Shown piece after piece: positions 21,276 through 31,289 of a DNA stretch of 64,000 nucleotides. Origin of the DNA: Alphaproteobacteria bacterium (GTDB taxonomy: Bacteria; Pseudomonadota; Alphaproteobacteria; Bin95). The position numbers and the translations under genes are program-made. How positions within the stretch are numbered: the first letter of the stretch is position 1; every line of letters starts with the position of its first letter. The notes below the pieces were generated by a model. The model had not been told where the DNA came from, made no database searches, and saw only the letters and a list, made by a program, of their open reading frames with translations. The stretch lies in the NCBI GenBank assembly GCA_963665325.3, contig CAXXWS020000001.1:64001-128000 (forward strand). Direction: 5' to 3'.

Positions 21276-21959
21276 ATGACGACGGGACATGACGACACCG
21301 GCCGGCGGGACGGCGGGCCGAACCTCCTGGCGCCTCTTCCGGGGGACCGGGCGGCGCCGGGCAGCGATCCGGCCGGGTCCGAGGCGCTGCTGACGGCGGT
21401 GCTGGAGATGCGGGAGGAACAGGCCAGGTTTCGGAAGGAGGTGCGGGAAGAGCTGGCGGGGCTGCGGAACGAGGCGCAGGCGGATCGACCCGAGCCGGTC
21501 ACGGGCGACGCGCTGGACGCCTGGAGCGGGGCGTTGCTGGAGAAGATCGGCGAGATGGTTCCGAAGGAGACCGGAGCCGGCGCCGCCATGACGGAGCATG
21601 CCGGAAGGATGGAGGCGGCGGCCGAACGGATCGACGCGGGGCTGGAGCGGACCGCGAAGCGCTTCTCGGCGGACGTTGCGGGGATGGAGAAGTGGCTTGC
21701 GGAGGACCGTTCGGCGATCCGGGCATCGATGAGCGGGATCGAGAGCGCCGCGGCGCGCATTGAGGCCGGGCTCGGCGAATTCCACAAACGGGCCGACAGC
21801 CGGTTCAACGATATCGCCTCGGTCGCTTCCGACACGCTGCGTAAGGTCCGGACGTTGCAAATCAAGTGGCAGGCATTGCTCTCGCCCTGGGCGGCTGTTG
21901 TCTTCATTATGGGCATCGTCTTTGCCAACATCCTCAAACTGGTCGATCGGCTGTTATGA
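21276..21959 (+). CDS. Hypothetical coiled-coil protein with C-terminal transmembrane helix (mobilization-associated)
   Basis: GAGG RBS, heptad-like helices, hydrophobic WAAVVFIMGIVFANIL tail; directly upstream of the relaxase. Confidence 0.55.
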   Translation: MTTGHDDTGRRDGGPNLLAPLPGDRAAPGSDPAGSEALLTAVLEMREEQARFRKEVREELAGLRNEAQADRPEPVTGDALDAWSGALLEKIGEMVPKETGAGAAMTEHAGRMEAAAERIDAGLERTAKRFSADVAGMEKWLAEDRSAIRASMSGIESAAARIEAGLGEFHKRADSRFNDIASVASDTLRKVRTLQIKWQALLSPWAAVVFIMGIVFANILKLVDRLL

Positions 21960-22021
21960 GGCCATTGCCCGCTTGCCGTTGCCTGCCGCCGCCGCCGTCG
22001 GCTGCGTGTTAGGCCGGCCGC

Positions 22022-22276
22022 ATGGTCGCGACGTTCGTCGAGCTCCGTTCCTCCGCGGTGACGGTGTCCTATTTCGAGCGGGACGGCTACTACGCGAGGA
22101 ACGACCCGGAGCACCGGCAGGCGAGTTTCTGGCACGGGGGCGCGGCGCAGGCGCTGGGGCTCGGGGGCCATGTGCGCCCGAAGCGGTTCGAGTCGGTTCT
22201 GGCGGGGTTCGTGCCGGGGACGGACATCCGGCTCGGTCGGATGCGCGAGGGCGAGCGCGTTCACCGGCCCGGCTGG
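22022..22276 (+). pseudogene. MOBF (TrwC-type) relaxase, N-terminal 85 codons, interrupted by transposon
   Basis: SYFERDGYY catalytic tyrosines, WHGGAAQALGL and HRPGW, which joins in frame to DLTFSAPKSVS at 26666. Confidence 0.9.
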
Positions 22277-22360
22277 TGAGTGTGCTCTCGGTATCTGATG
22301 GCGGGATGGTCACGTTGTTCGATGGTTTTCAGGCGTCGGGCCGGGCGTGACGGCGGGGGT

Positions 22361-22447
22361 GTCGGACGGCCGTCGGCGCGTCAAGCCGCTTCGCGGCTCC
22401 TGCGCTGCGCTCCGGCCCTTCGGGTGACCCGCCGCCGTCCCTCCGAC
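22361..22447. repeat. Long imperfect hairpin near the transposon end
   Basis: GTCGGACGGCCGTCGGCGCGTCA versus TGACCCGCCGCCGTCCCTCCGAC is 19/23 complementary; encloses the small AGCCGC-TTC-GCGGCT hairpin. Confidence 0.65.
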
Positions 22448-22522
22448 GGAGTGCATCCATGGCCGTAAGCAAGCTTCCGGCCACGGGCCGGCCGCTTTAC
22501 GCAGTGTGACAATGGGAGCGGT

Positions 22523-22583
22523 GTTACCCGTTACCGTTACCCTCTCTCCCTAGGGGTTCGAGGCGGTAACGGTTTTCGGTAAC
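22523..22583. repeat. Inverted hexamer cluster (3x GTTACC, 2x GGTAAC) at the 3' end of the helicase gene; origin-like
   Basis: GTTACC at 22523, 22530, 22536; GGTAAC at 22565, 22578; spacer CTCTCTCCCTAGGGG. Confidence 0.7.
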
Positions 22584-23548
22584 GTGTCCCTGCGGTCGTT
22601 GCCGTTGAGGGCGGCGAGGCGGTATCCGCCTTCGGATGCGCGCTCGACGCGTCCTTCGCGGACGAGCCTGTGCAGCGCCTCGGCGACGGTTGCGGGCCGG
22701 GTTGCCGCGCGCTCGCGGATCCGGCGCTGGGAGAGCGGCGCGTCGGCGTCGGCGAGGGCCTGCAGGATGCGCCGTTCGGGGGTATCCGGCTCCGGCGCCT
22801 GGTCTTCCGGCGTCTCGCGCAACCGCAGGGCGGGGCGCTCGTCGTCGTCGGCGAGTTCGATCTCGAGGTCTTCGAGGCCAGGGGCGTCGCGATGCTCGAC
22901 GGTCATGAGGATCTGGCGGTCTCGCCGGCGCAGGTACAGATTCGAATCGCCCCAGGCGTGAAGTTCGCTGCTGCCGCGCAGCGCCTGCCCGGGCCGGGAG
23001 CCGCCGCTCTTTCGTGCGTGATGGACGAGGAGGACGGCGGTTTCGAAGCGGCGCTGTATGTCGCGCAGGAAGCCCAGCATGGGGGCGACCTCGGCGACGG
23101 TATTTTCGTCGACGCCGTGCAGGCGCACGAGGGGGTCGAGGACGACGAGGCGGGGTGAGACGCGCTCCACCGTCTCGACCAGGCGCTGGCGATCGGCGCG
23201 ATGGTCGAGACGCAGCGTGGGCACGTCGATGACGGCGATGTCGAGGGTCTCGAACGCGGTGCCTGCCGCCTTTGCGATGCCCTGGAGGCGTGCGCGCACG
23301 ATATGGCCGGCGTCCTCGGCGGCGAACAGCAGCACGGGGCCGCTTGCGGCGGGACGGAAGTGGCGCAGGCAGGGGACGCCGGCGGCGACCGCGACGGCGA
23401 TGTCGAGTGCGAGGAAGGATTTGCCGCACTTGGGCTCGCCGCCGACGATGCCGACGCCCTGCTCGGACCACAACGCCTCGACCATCCAGCGGCGCGCCTG
23501 GGGGCGCTCTTCGAGCTCCGCCGGCGCCCGTGTCGGGAAGCCCTTCAC
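22550..23548 (-). CDS. AAA_25 / RepA-like (RecA-fold) helicase with C-terminal winged HTH
   Basis: GTG start with GAGGAGG RBS overlapping the ATPase stop; RWMVEAL, GGEPKCGKS, LVVLDPL, LLVHHARK, ALRGSS. Confidence 0.82.
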   Translation of the reverse strand: MKGFPTRAPAELEERPQARRWMVEALWSEQGVGIVGGEPKCGKSFLALDIAVAVAAGVPCLRHFRPAASGPVLLFAAEDAGHIVRARLQGIAKAAGTAFETLDIAVIDVPTLRLDHRADRQRLVETVERVSPRLVVLDPLVRLHGVDENTVAEVAPMLGFLRDIQRRFETAVLLVHHARKSGGSRPGQALRGSSELHAWGDSNLYLRRRDRQILMTVEHRDAPGLEDLEIELADDDERPALRLRETPEDQAPEPDTPERRILQALADADAPLSQRRIRERAATRPATVAEALHRLVREGRVERASEGGYRLAALNGNDRRDTLPKTVTASNP

Positions 23549-24378
23549 CGCCGCGCCCTCCTCGGCTTGGCGGGTTCGCCCAGGGTCTCGATGAAGAGCT
23601 TCTCGTCGAGGACCTCGCGCTCCTTCTCGGCGGCGGCGGCGAGCAGGGCGTCGGCCATGACGGTGAGCGCCCGCGGGTTGCCGTCGGCATGGGCGACCAG
23701 GGTGTCCTTGAGGCCCGCGGTCATGAGGCCGGGATTGCCGGCCTGCTCGATCAGATGGTCGAGCAGGGCCGCGAGGTCGCCGGCCTCGGCCTTGGTCATG
23801 ACCAGGCGCTGGCGGATGCGCGAGGCGATGGGCTGCAGATCGGGCTGGCGGAGCTTGTCGAGCAGGCGCGTGTCGCCGGCGAGGACGACCGAGAGGATGG
23901 CGCGCGAGTCGAAGTCGGTCGAAGCCAGCAGGCGGATCTCGGAGAACACCGAGGGCAGCAGCTCCTGGGCCTCGTCGACGAGCACGACGGGGCGCATGCG
24001 GGTATCGTCGACATGGGCGAGCCAGCGCTCGCGCAGGCTTTTGAAGCTGGCCCAGCGGTTGTTGTACATCAGGTCGACGCCGAACATCTCGCCGATCTCG
24101 CGGTAGAAGTCGGACAGCCGGGAGGAGGGATGGGTGATGGCGGCGATGCTGAGCCCCTCGCAGCGGCCGAGACGGTCGGCGAGCAGGCGCAACGCCACAC
24201 TCTTTCCGGCGCCGGGCTCGCCGGCGATCAAGGCGAAGCCGCCCTGGCGCACCAGGTGGCGCTCGATCCTGAGGCAGAAGCTGTCGACGGCAGGCGTCGC
24301 CATGAGACTGTCGACCGGCAGGTCGGTGGCGAAGGGGTTCCACTTGAGCCCGTAGAAGGTGAGCAGTTCCCGGTTCAT
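23545..24378 (-). CDS. ExeA-family / TnsC-like AAA+ ATPase
   Basis: YGLKWNPF, GEPGAGKS, VVLVDEAQ, IASRI, GNPRAL. Confidence 0.85.
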   Translation of the reverse strand: MNRELLTFYGLKWNPFATDLPVDSLMATPAVDSFCLRIERHLVRQGGFALIAGEPGAGKSVALRLLADRLGRCEGLSIAAITHPSSRLSDFYREIGEMFGVDLMYNNRWASFKSLRERWLAHVDDTRMRPVVLVDEAQELLPSVFSEIRLLASTDFDSRAILSVVLAGDTRLLDKLRQPDLQPIASRIRQRLVMTKAEAGDLAALLDHLIEQAGNPGLMTAGLKDTLVAHADGNPRALTVMADALLAAAAEKEREVLDEKLFIETLGEPAKPRRARR

Positions 24379-25850
24379 GGCGCATCTCCCCGATCTTCGT
24401 CCTCGCCCGGACCGGGCGTCTTGTCATGGGGCAGCCAGGCCGGCGGCAGGCCGGTTGCGGCCTGGGCGTCGAGCATGCCCTTGAGCAGCGGCGGAAGTTC
24501 CCCCGTCCCCGCGCCGCCATTGCCATCGTTGCCGCCGGGGCCGGCGGGACGGCGCACGCCATCGGCGTTGCCGCGCTTGTCGAGGGGGTACAGCGTGCAC
24601 AGGCGCTCGCCGCCTCGACCGTCGATCAGATCGACGCTGGCGAGGTTCCAGCGCGCGTAACGGATCCAGGCCTCGCGCAGGTGGCGCCACGGCTGTGGCA
24701 CCTGGTAGCGGATGCCCTCGACCGAGACGGTGCCGTCCGAGCGCCTGAGCGTGCGCTTCCTGGTGATGCGGAAGGCCGCCTTGAGCTCGGCCGAGCCGGG
24801 GCAGGATCTCGACGCGTCGACGCTCCCGGCCAGGCGTTGATGCGGCGTCATGCCGAGCTCGCGGTGCTTGCGGCGGTGATAGTCCTGCTCCAGCCAGGCG
24901 ATGGTGGCGTCGTTGAGCATCTTCAAGGTAAGCGCGTCGACGCCTTCGAGCTGAGCCATCAGGCGCGATTCGACCGTGCCCCAGAACGACTCGATCTTGC
25001 CGTTCTGATGGGGGCTGTAAGCGAGCGTCGTGACCCCCGCGATGCCGAGCCGGTGCAACCCCTCCTCGACCTCGCCCGCGGTCATCGCCGCGCCGTTGTC
25101 GGTCAGCAGGGACCTCGGCAGACCGCGCTTCATGAAGGCCTGGCAAAGGCCGTGGACGAACACCTCGGCGGTCTCGGCGAGGTACCACTGAAGGTGGCAG
25201 CCGAGGCGCGAGTGGTCGTCGAGGAAGCCGAGCAGGATCGGCGTCTTCCACTCGCCCGAGGCGGTCAGCACGCGACGCTTGGCGCTGTGCATGTCGGCGT
25301 GCCACAGGGCGTGAGAGCGCGAGACCTCGTAGCTCAATACCTCGCGGGCTTCGACCGCCGGCCTGGCCTCGCTCTCATGCCACTTGCGCCGGCGCTTGCG
25401 TACCAGCCCGCGAGCCCGCATCGCCCGGGTCAGCGTCGCGTAGGACGGTATCGGGCCGAGCTCGGGATCGGCCTCGACCCGCGCGGCCAGATTCTCGTGA
25501 TGAAGCTGCGCCGACCACGACGGATGCGCCCGGTACTGCTCGTGCAGCGCCTCGATCAGCGTCGGCGACATCGCGCGCGGGCGCCCGGCATCGGCGCGCG
25601 GGCGCCGCTTGAGCGCCCCCACCGGATCGTTGTCCGCCGCCCGCGCCTGGTAGTACCAGCGCTCGATCGTGGACACCGCGAAGCGCACCCGGCCCTTGCC
25701 GGACGGGTGATCCCACTCGCGTTCGGCAAGCCGCTCAAGCTCGGCGTGCAGCCGCCCCGCCGGCGGCGGCGAGGCCAGAAGCGGCCCGACCACCGCGAAG
25801 CGCAACCGCGCCCACCGGTCGCGACGCTCGCTCCCGTCGTTGCTGTTCAT
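24375..25850 (-). CDS. DDE integrase/transposase (rve core, Mu-like C-terminus)
   Basis: HTH STIERWYY; WHADMH, LDDHSR, LTDNG, NGKIESFW catalytic residues; DGTVSVEGIRYQVP C-terminal barrel. Confidence 0.9.
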   Translation of the reverse strand: MNSNDGSERRDRWARLRFAVVGPLLASPPPAGRLHAELERLAEREWDHPSGKGRVRFAVSTIERWYYQARAADNDPVGALKRRPRADAGRPRAMSPTLIEALHEQYRAHPSWSAQLHHENLAARVEADPELGPIPSYATLTRAMRARGLVRKRRRKWHESEARPAVEAREVLSYEVSRSHALWHADMHSAKRRVLTASGEWKTPILLGFLDDHSRLGCHLQWYLAETAEVFVHGLCQAFMKRGLPRSLLTDNGAAMTAGEVEEGLHRLGIAGVTTLAYSPHQNGKIESFWGTVESRLMAQLEGVDALTLKMLNDATIAWLEQDYHRRKHRELGMTPHQRLAGSVDASRSCPGSAELKAAFRITRKRTLRRSDGTVSVEGIRYQVPQPWRHLREAWIRYARWNLASVDLIDGRGGERLCTLYPLDKRGNADGVRRPAGPGGNDGNGGAGTGELPPLLKGMLDAQAATGLPPAWLPHDKTPGPGEDEDRGDAP

Positions 25851-25898
25851 TCCGGCATCCCCCTCGCTGCTTCGTGGAGGTGCCGATGATGCGGTGCC

Positions 25899-26513
25899 CT
25901 ATCCGTGCATCATAGAAACGCTTTCTGCGGGCGAAGCCGGACCTGCGCCGAGCGCGCAAAAGCCGGTCCACGGCATCAGCCAGACCAGGCTCCGCAGCAG
26001 CCGCGAGCGGAAGCCACGGCCCCGCATGATGCGCAGCAGCCGGCGCAGCGGCGCCTCTTCGGGCGGCGCCGCCAGCTCGCCCCGTCTCGCCTGCCACTCC
26101 CGGGTCAGCGGGAAGGCTTCCAGCCACCAGCGCCGCCAGCGCTTCAGCGTCGAGGCCGGAACCCCGCACCGCCGCGCGATCGTCTGCAACCGCGCGCCGC
26201 CGGCCACAGCCAGCGCACTCACCACAAGGAACAGCGCCCCGACGTAAAAGCGCCTGCCGAAGAAACGCACCGACGGCGGCTTCACGCGGCGTCGGCACAC
26301 CGAACAGCACAGGCTGAAGCGCCGAACGTCGTTCCGAAGATTCGCCGCCAGACCGTGCGGCTTGCGCGGGTAGCTCGCGCTGTGAAGCGCGCCGCCGCAG
26401 CGCGGGCAACCCGCCGCCCGGCACGCCTCCGCCTCGGCCGCGTCGACCTGCTTCAGAAAATCCCAAACCCGGGCGTTGGAGAGATTGGAGTGCCGGAACA
26501 GCTTGTGCGACAT
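25899..26513 (-). CDS. Zn-finger plus HTH transposon accessory protein
   Basis: CPRC...CCSVC, PPSVRFFGRR, IARRCGVPASTLKRWRRWW; first gene of the transposon operon. Confidence 0.7.
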   Translation of the reverse strand: MSHKLFRHSNLSNARVWDFLKQVDAAEAEACRAAGCPRCGGALHSASYPRKPHGLAANLRNDVRRFSLCCSVCRRRVKPPSVRFFGRRFYVGALFLVVSALAVAGGARLQTIARRCGVPASTLKRWRRWWLEAFPLTREWQARRGELAAPPEEAPLRRLLRIMRGRGFRSRLLRSLVWLMPWTGFCALGAGPASPAESVSMMHG

Positions 26514-26665
26514 TGGGGCCGTCTCAGGTTGATGTCACTGTCACCGAGACAAGCCCTCCGGCGGCCTTCTTGCAAGATCGCCGGGGGGCACCCAATCCAA
26601 AACCTCGATTAATCCGAGCCGATCAGCCCCTGATCGCCGCTGAAAGCCTGCGCCCGCTCAACTGG

Positions 26666-29600
26666 GACCTCACCTTCTCGGCGCCGAAGTCTGTGTCGAT
26701 CGAGGCGCTGGTGATGGGCGACCGGCGGGTGATCCGGGCGCATGACGAGGCAGTGCGCGCGACGCTCGACTGGGTGGAACGGGACCTGTTGCAGACGCGG
26801 GGGTGGGATGCGGTGACGCGGCGGCGCCCGCGGGTGAAGGCCGGCGGCATGGTCGCGGCCGGGTTCCGGCACCTGACCAGCCGCGACCGGGACCCGACGC
26901 TGCACACGCACTGCGTGCTGGCCAACATGACGCGCAATGCGGACGGCCAGTGGCGCAGCGTCGAGCCGACGGCCATCAAGTGGAACAAGAAGCTGATCGG
27001 GTCCTATTACCGCAACGAGCTGGCGCGGCGGCTGGAGGCGCTCGGCATGGCGGTCGCGCCGCGGCTGGTCGGACGCATCCCGGGCTTCGAGCTTGCGGGC
27101 TACTCGCGCGACTTCGTCGAGGCGTTCTCGGCCCGGCGGCTGGCGATCGAGGCCGACCTGAAGCGCAACAAGCTGCCATACACGGCGAAGAATGCGCAGG
27201 CGGCGGCGCTGCGCACCCGCAGGCGCAAGAGCGAGGAGAGCCTGGCGGACCTCGTGCCGGAATGGCGCGCGCGGGTCCGCGAGCTGGGCCTCGTGCGCGA
27301 GAAGGCGGCGCTGGCGCCGCCCCGGCCGCTGGACCCGCTGACGGGAGAGCGGACGGCGCGGCCATGCATGCCGGCGCTCGATGCGACGGCGAACGAGCTG
27401 AGGCGGCAGAGGCGCGCGCCGGCCCTGCCGAAGCTGCCGCGCGACGGGGCGGCGGTCCGGGCGGACAAGGCGTCCCTGCGGCTGGCGCGCTCGACGGCGC
27501 GGGCGGAACTCTCATATGGGCCGGCGCCAGGCCTGCTGGAAGTGGTGGCGCGCGCGGTGGCGCATGTCGAGGAACGGCGGGTGCACATCCCGGAGGCGGA
27601 GATAAGGGCCGTCGCGCTCGGCCATGCGCCGGGGCGCTACACGCTGGCAGAGGTCGATACCGCCATCGCACGCCTGGTGCGGAGCGGCGAGCTGGTCGAG
27701 ACCGAGAGCCGGGGCGCGGACCGGGCCTTCGTCACCGACCGCGCCGTGAAGACCGAGCGGCGCATGCTGGCGGCGATGCGCGCGGAGTGCGGCAGGGGAA
27801 CGGCGCAGGCGGAGGCGGTCGCGGTCGAGGCGCGGCTTCGGCAAAGCGGCCTCACAAGCGGCCAGCAGCAGGCGGTCCGCGCGATCCTGCTCTCCCGCGA
27901 CCGTATCGTCGGCGTGCAGGGCCATGCCGGCAGCGGCAAGACCACCATGCTGCGCACGGTTAAGGAGTTGCTGGACGGCAGGACGATCATGGGCCTTGCG
28001 CCCTCGGCGTCGGCGGCCAGGGTTCTGGCAAGGGAGGCGGACATCCCGTCCCGGACACTGCAATGGTTCCTCACCCGCCACGGGGACCTATCCGATCCCG
28101 CGCGGCTCGCCCGGGCGCGGGCCGAGTTCGGGCGCGCGGTGCTGGCGGTGGATGAGGCCTCGATGATCGACACGGTGCGCATGGAGGCGCTGCTCCGGAT
28201 CGCGCGCAATCTCGGCGTGGCCCGCATTGTCCTTGTCGGCGACACGGCGCAGCTGCGCGCCGTCGATGCGGGCCAGCCCTTCCGGGTGCTGCAGAAGGCC
28301 GGCATGGCGACGGCGGTCATGGACGAGGTGCTGCGCCAGAAGGACCCGGAACTGAAGACGGCGGCGGGCCGCGCCCGGGAAGGCGAGCCGGGGGCGGCGA
28401 TCCGGGAACTCGGCCCGCGTGTGCATGAACATTCCCGCGAGGAGCTCGGCCCGGATGCGGGCCGGCGCTGGCTGGCGCTATCGCCGGAGGAGCGCGCCGA
28501 CGCCCTCATCCTGGCGCCGACCCATGCGATCCGCCGGCAGGTGAACGAGACCGTGCGCGAGGGGCTGGAGGCGGAGGGGCTGCTGCACGGGCGCGCGCTG
28601 GCGATCGACCGCCTTGTGGACCGCCGCCTGACGCGCGCGCAGGCCTCCGACATACGCAGCTACGAGCCGGGCGACACGGTGGTCTTCCATCGTGATGTGT
28701 TCGGCTGCCGGGCGGGCGACGTCTGCATGGTGACGGGCAAGGATGAGGGGCATGTGGCGATGGCCGGTCCGGACGGCGGCGAGCGCCGGTTCCGGCCCTC
28801 GGGCAATGCGGCGGCATATCTCGGGCTCTACGACACCGAGCGGATCGAGGTCATGACGGGCGACCGTATCCGCTGGACCCGCAACCGCAAGGCGCCGCCC
28901 GCAAGGTTCGGCCACCCGCGCCAGCCGGACCTGGTAAACGGCGGCGAGGCGGAGATCGTGGAGATTGACCGCCAGCGGGTGCTGTTCCGCGACGATGCGG
29001 GGCGGACGTTCCCGCTCCGGCGCAAGGACCCCCAGCTTCGCCACCTGGACCACGCGTATTGCTCCACCGTGCATGGCGCGCAGGGCCGCACCGCGCGCGC
29101 CGTCATCGCGGTGCTGGACGCGCATGGCGCCGTCGACCAGGCGATGTTCCATGTCGAGGTCAGCCGGGCCTCGGAGTCGTTCCAGCTGCTGACCGACGAC
29201 CGCGAGGCGCTGGTGGAGATGCTGGAGGCGCGCCCCGACCGCGAGGACGGCGCGCTGGAGGCGCTGGGCCTCGACCCGGCCGCGCTTCCCGTCGTCGAGC
29301 CGGAACTGTTCGAGGCGCTGGCGGCGGACTGGCGCACCCTGCAACGGCAGGGCGAGGAGACGGATACGCCGCCGTTCCTGCTTCCGGGCGCAGACGAGGT
29401 CATGGCGCGCGCGGTCGCGCTCTCCCTCGTCGAGGACCTGCCGGCGGACATGCGGGTATTCCTCGACGGCATGCTGAATGAACACGAACGGCATATCGCG
29501 CATGAGCAGGAGGTGCGGGGCCTGGCCGACCGCCTCCGCGCGCACTGGCGGCGCTGGCCGGAACTCGGCTGGATCGCCTCGGCGCGGGGCTGCGCGCGGC

Positions 29601-31168
29601 AGGACCTGCCGGAACGTGCGGCGTGGCGCGAGGAAGGCGAGGCGCTGCTGGACGAGGCATGCGGCCTGGACGTGATACCGGACATTGCCGCCGGGCTTGA
29701 AGGCGAGATGGCGGCGGTGGAGCGCATGCGGCTGCGTGACGATGCCGAACGATTCCGGCGCGACCGGACGGCGCTCGGCGCGGGCGCCGTCCGCGAGGGC
29801 GTGCCGGAGCTGCATATGGAGGGCTGCGCCGAACTTGCCGCACTGGCCGGACGGCTCGCGCAAGCCGAGGGCCTCGACCCGGCCGACCGGCGCCTGGTGG
29901 ACGAGTGGCTGACGGTCCATGACAGGCAGACGGCGCTTGCCGGTGCGGTCCGCTCGCTGCCGAGCCGGGCGGAGGCATGGCGGGCGCGCAGGGAGACGGA
30001 CCTGCCGCTTGACAGGCATGGCGGGGCCGACCCGGTCGATCCCGCCTGCCGCGCCTGGCGCGAGGAGGGCGAGGCGCTCCGGGAAGAGGCCGCCGGCATG
30101 TTGGAGGGGACAAGCCCGCACGGTCCTCACATGGGCGCCGTGCCGGGAGCACGGGAGGCGGTCGCCGCGGCGCTGGCGGAGATCGACGCCGCGGTCTTCG
30201 AGGACCGCTTTCAGCGGTTCGCCTGGCTGACGCGGCATATCACCGGCCAGGCGAAGGAGGCAGGAACCGTATGGTACTATGCGCCCCGCTACCCGGAGAC
30301 GGTCGCCCATGTCCGTTCGCTCTTCGGGGAAGAAAGCCTCGATGAAGACCGGAGGCGGGCCGTCGGAGACTGGCTCCGGTATGACGACCGGTGCGAACGG
30401 CTCCGCCGGGAGATCCGGGACTGGCCGGCGCGCGCCGATGCGCTCCTCGGCGAGCGGCCCGGGCCGGGGAAGGACCTGGGGCCGATGCGGCGCTGGCGCG
30501 CCAGGGCGGAGCCGATGCTGACCGAGGGCCGCGCGATGCAGGCGAAGGAAAGCCCGCATGCGCCCCACCTTGCCGCCATGCCGGACGAATGCAGGGCGCT
30601 GGCCGAAACGGCCGGCCGGCTCGAAAACGCACTGGCCGAAATCGAGACGGCGGAGGTCGACCGCCTTCTGAAGATTGCCGGACTGGCCTCCGAACGGACC
30701 GGCGGCATCGCGTCCGACACGGCCGAACATGCCGATCCGACGCGACACGAGCGCCTGGCAAGGGACCGGGCCCGCGTCGAGGCGTTCCTCGATCTGGCGC
30801 GCAAGCAGCTGGACGAGCGCGACCGCATGGACGGCCTTCCTCGCGAGGTCCGGGCGATGGCGGGGCTGCCGCTCACGCCGGAGGCATGGAAGCAGGACGC
30901 CGATGCGGTGCTTGCCGAGGCAAACGCGCTCGGGCGGGACATCCCGGCGGGGGAACTCAAGGCCCATCTCGCCGCCGCCGGCGCCGGGCCCGATGCGATC
31001 GATGAGAATGCCGCGAAAATTGCCGAACGGCTGCGCGAGGACGAGGAAGCCCGTGCCGCCGAGCGGCAACGGCAGGCGGAGCAACAGGCGCAGGCCCGGG
31101 AGGCCGAACGCCTGAAGCTCGAAGAGGAACGGGAACAGAGCGAGGGCGGCGGGATGTCGATGTCGTAG
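26666..31168 (+). pseudogene. MOBF relaxase-helicase, remainder (HUH domain, RecD-like helicase, long repetitive C-terminus); 1,585 aa when rejoined
   Basis: DLTFSAPKSVS, HLTSRDRDPTLHTH, QGHAGSGKTT, VDEASM, VGDTAQL, HAYCSTVHGAQG. Confidence 0.9.
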
Positions 31169-31289
31169 AGCGCGAGCGCGCGTCCGGCGCGCGGCACACA
31201 GTCGCCAACCCCGTCAACGCCTCAAGAACCCGAACCGGCAAGCCCGATAGACCGATGGACGACGACAGCGCAGGCTGCGACACTGGCAT

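Larger units (their letters stand above)
22277..26660 (-). mobile_element. 4,384-bp four-gene DDE transposon (Zn-finger/HTH, DDE transposase, ExeA/TnsC-like ATPase, AAA_25 helicase)
   Basis: Termini TGAGTGTGC / GCCCGCTCA; flanks GCTGG (22272-22276) and ACTGG (26661-26665); removing 22277-26665 restores relaxase GW-DLTFSAPKS. Confidence 0.88.

Noticed and set aside
23549-24562. N-terminal half of the 670-aa ORF suggesting a larger or frameshift-fused helicase
   Set aside because: Arg/Pro-rich off-frame read-through of the ATPase gene; a GTG with a strong RBS at 23548 explains the real gene
26513-26665. Apparent alternative N-terminus of the 1,551-aa relaxase ORF
   Set aside because: Derived from the transposon end; it lacks the catalytic tyrosines, which are at 22022-22276
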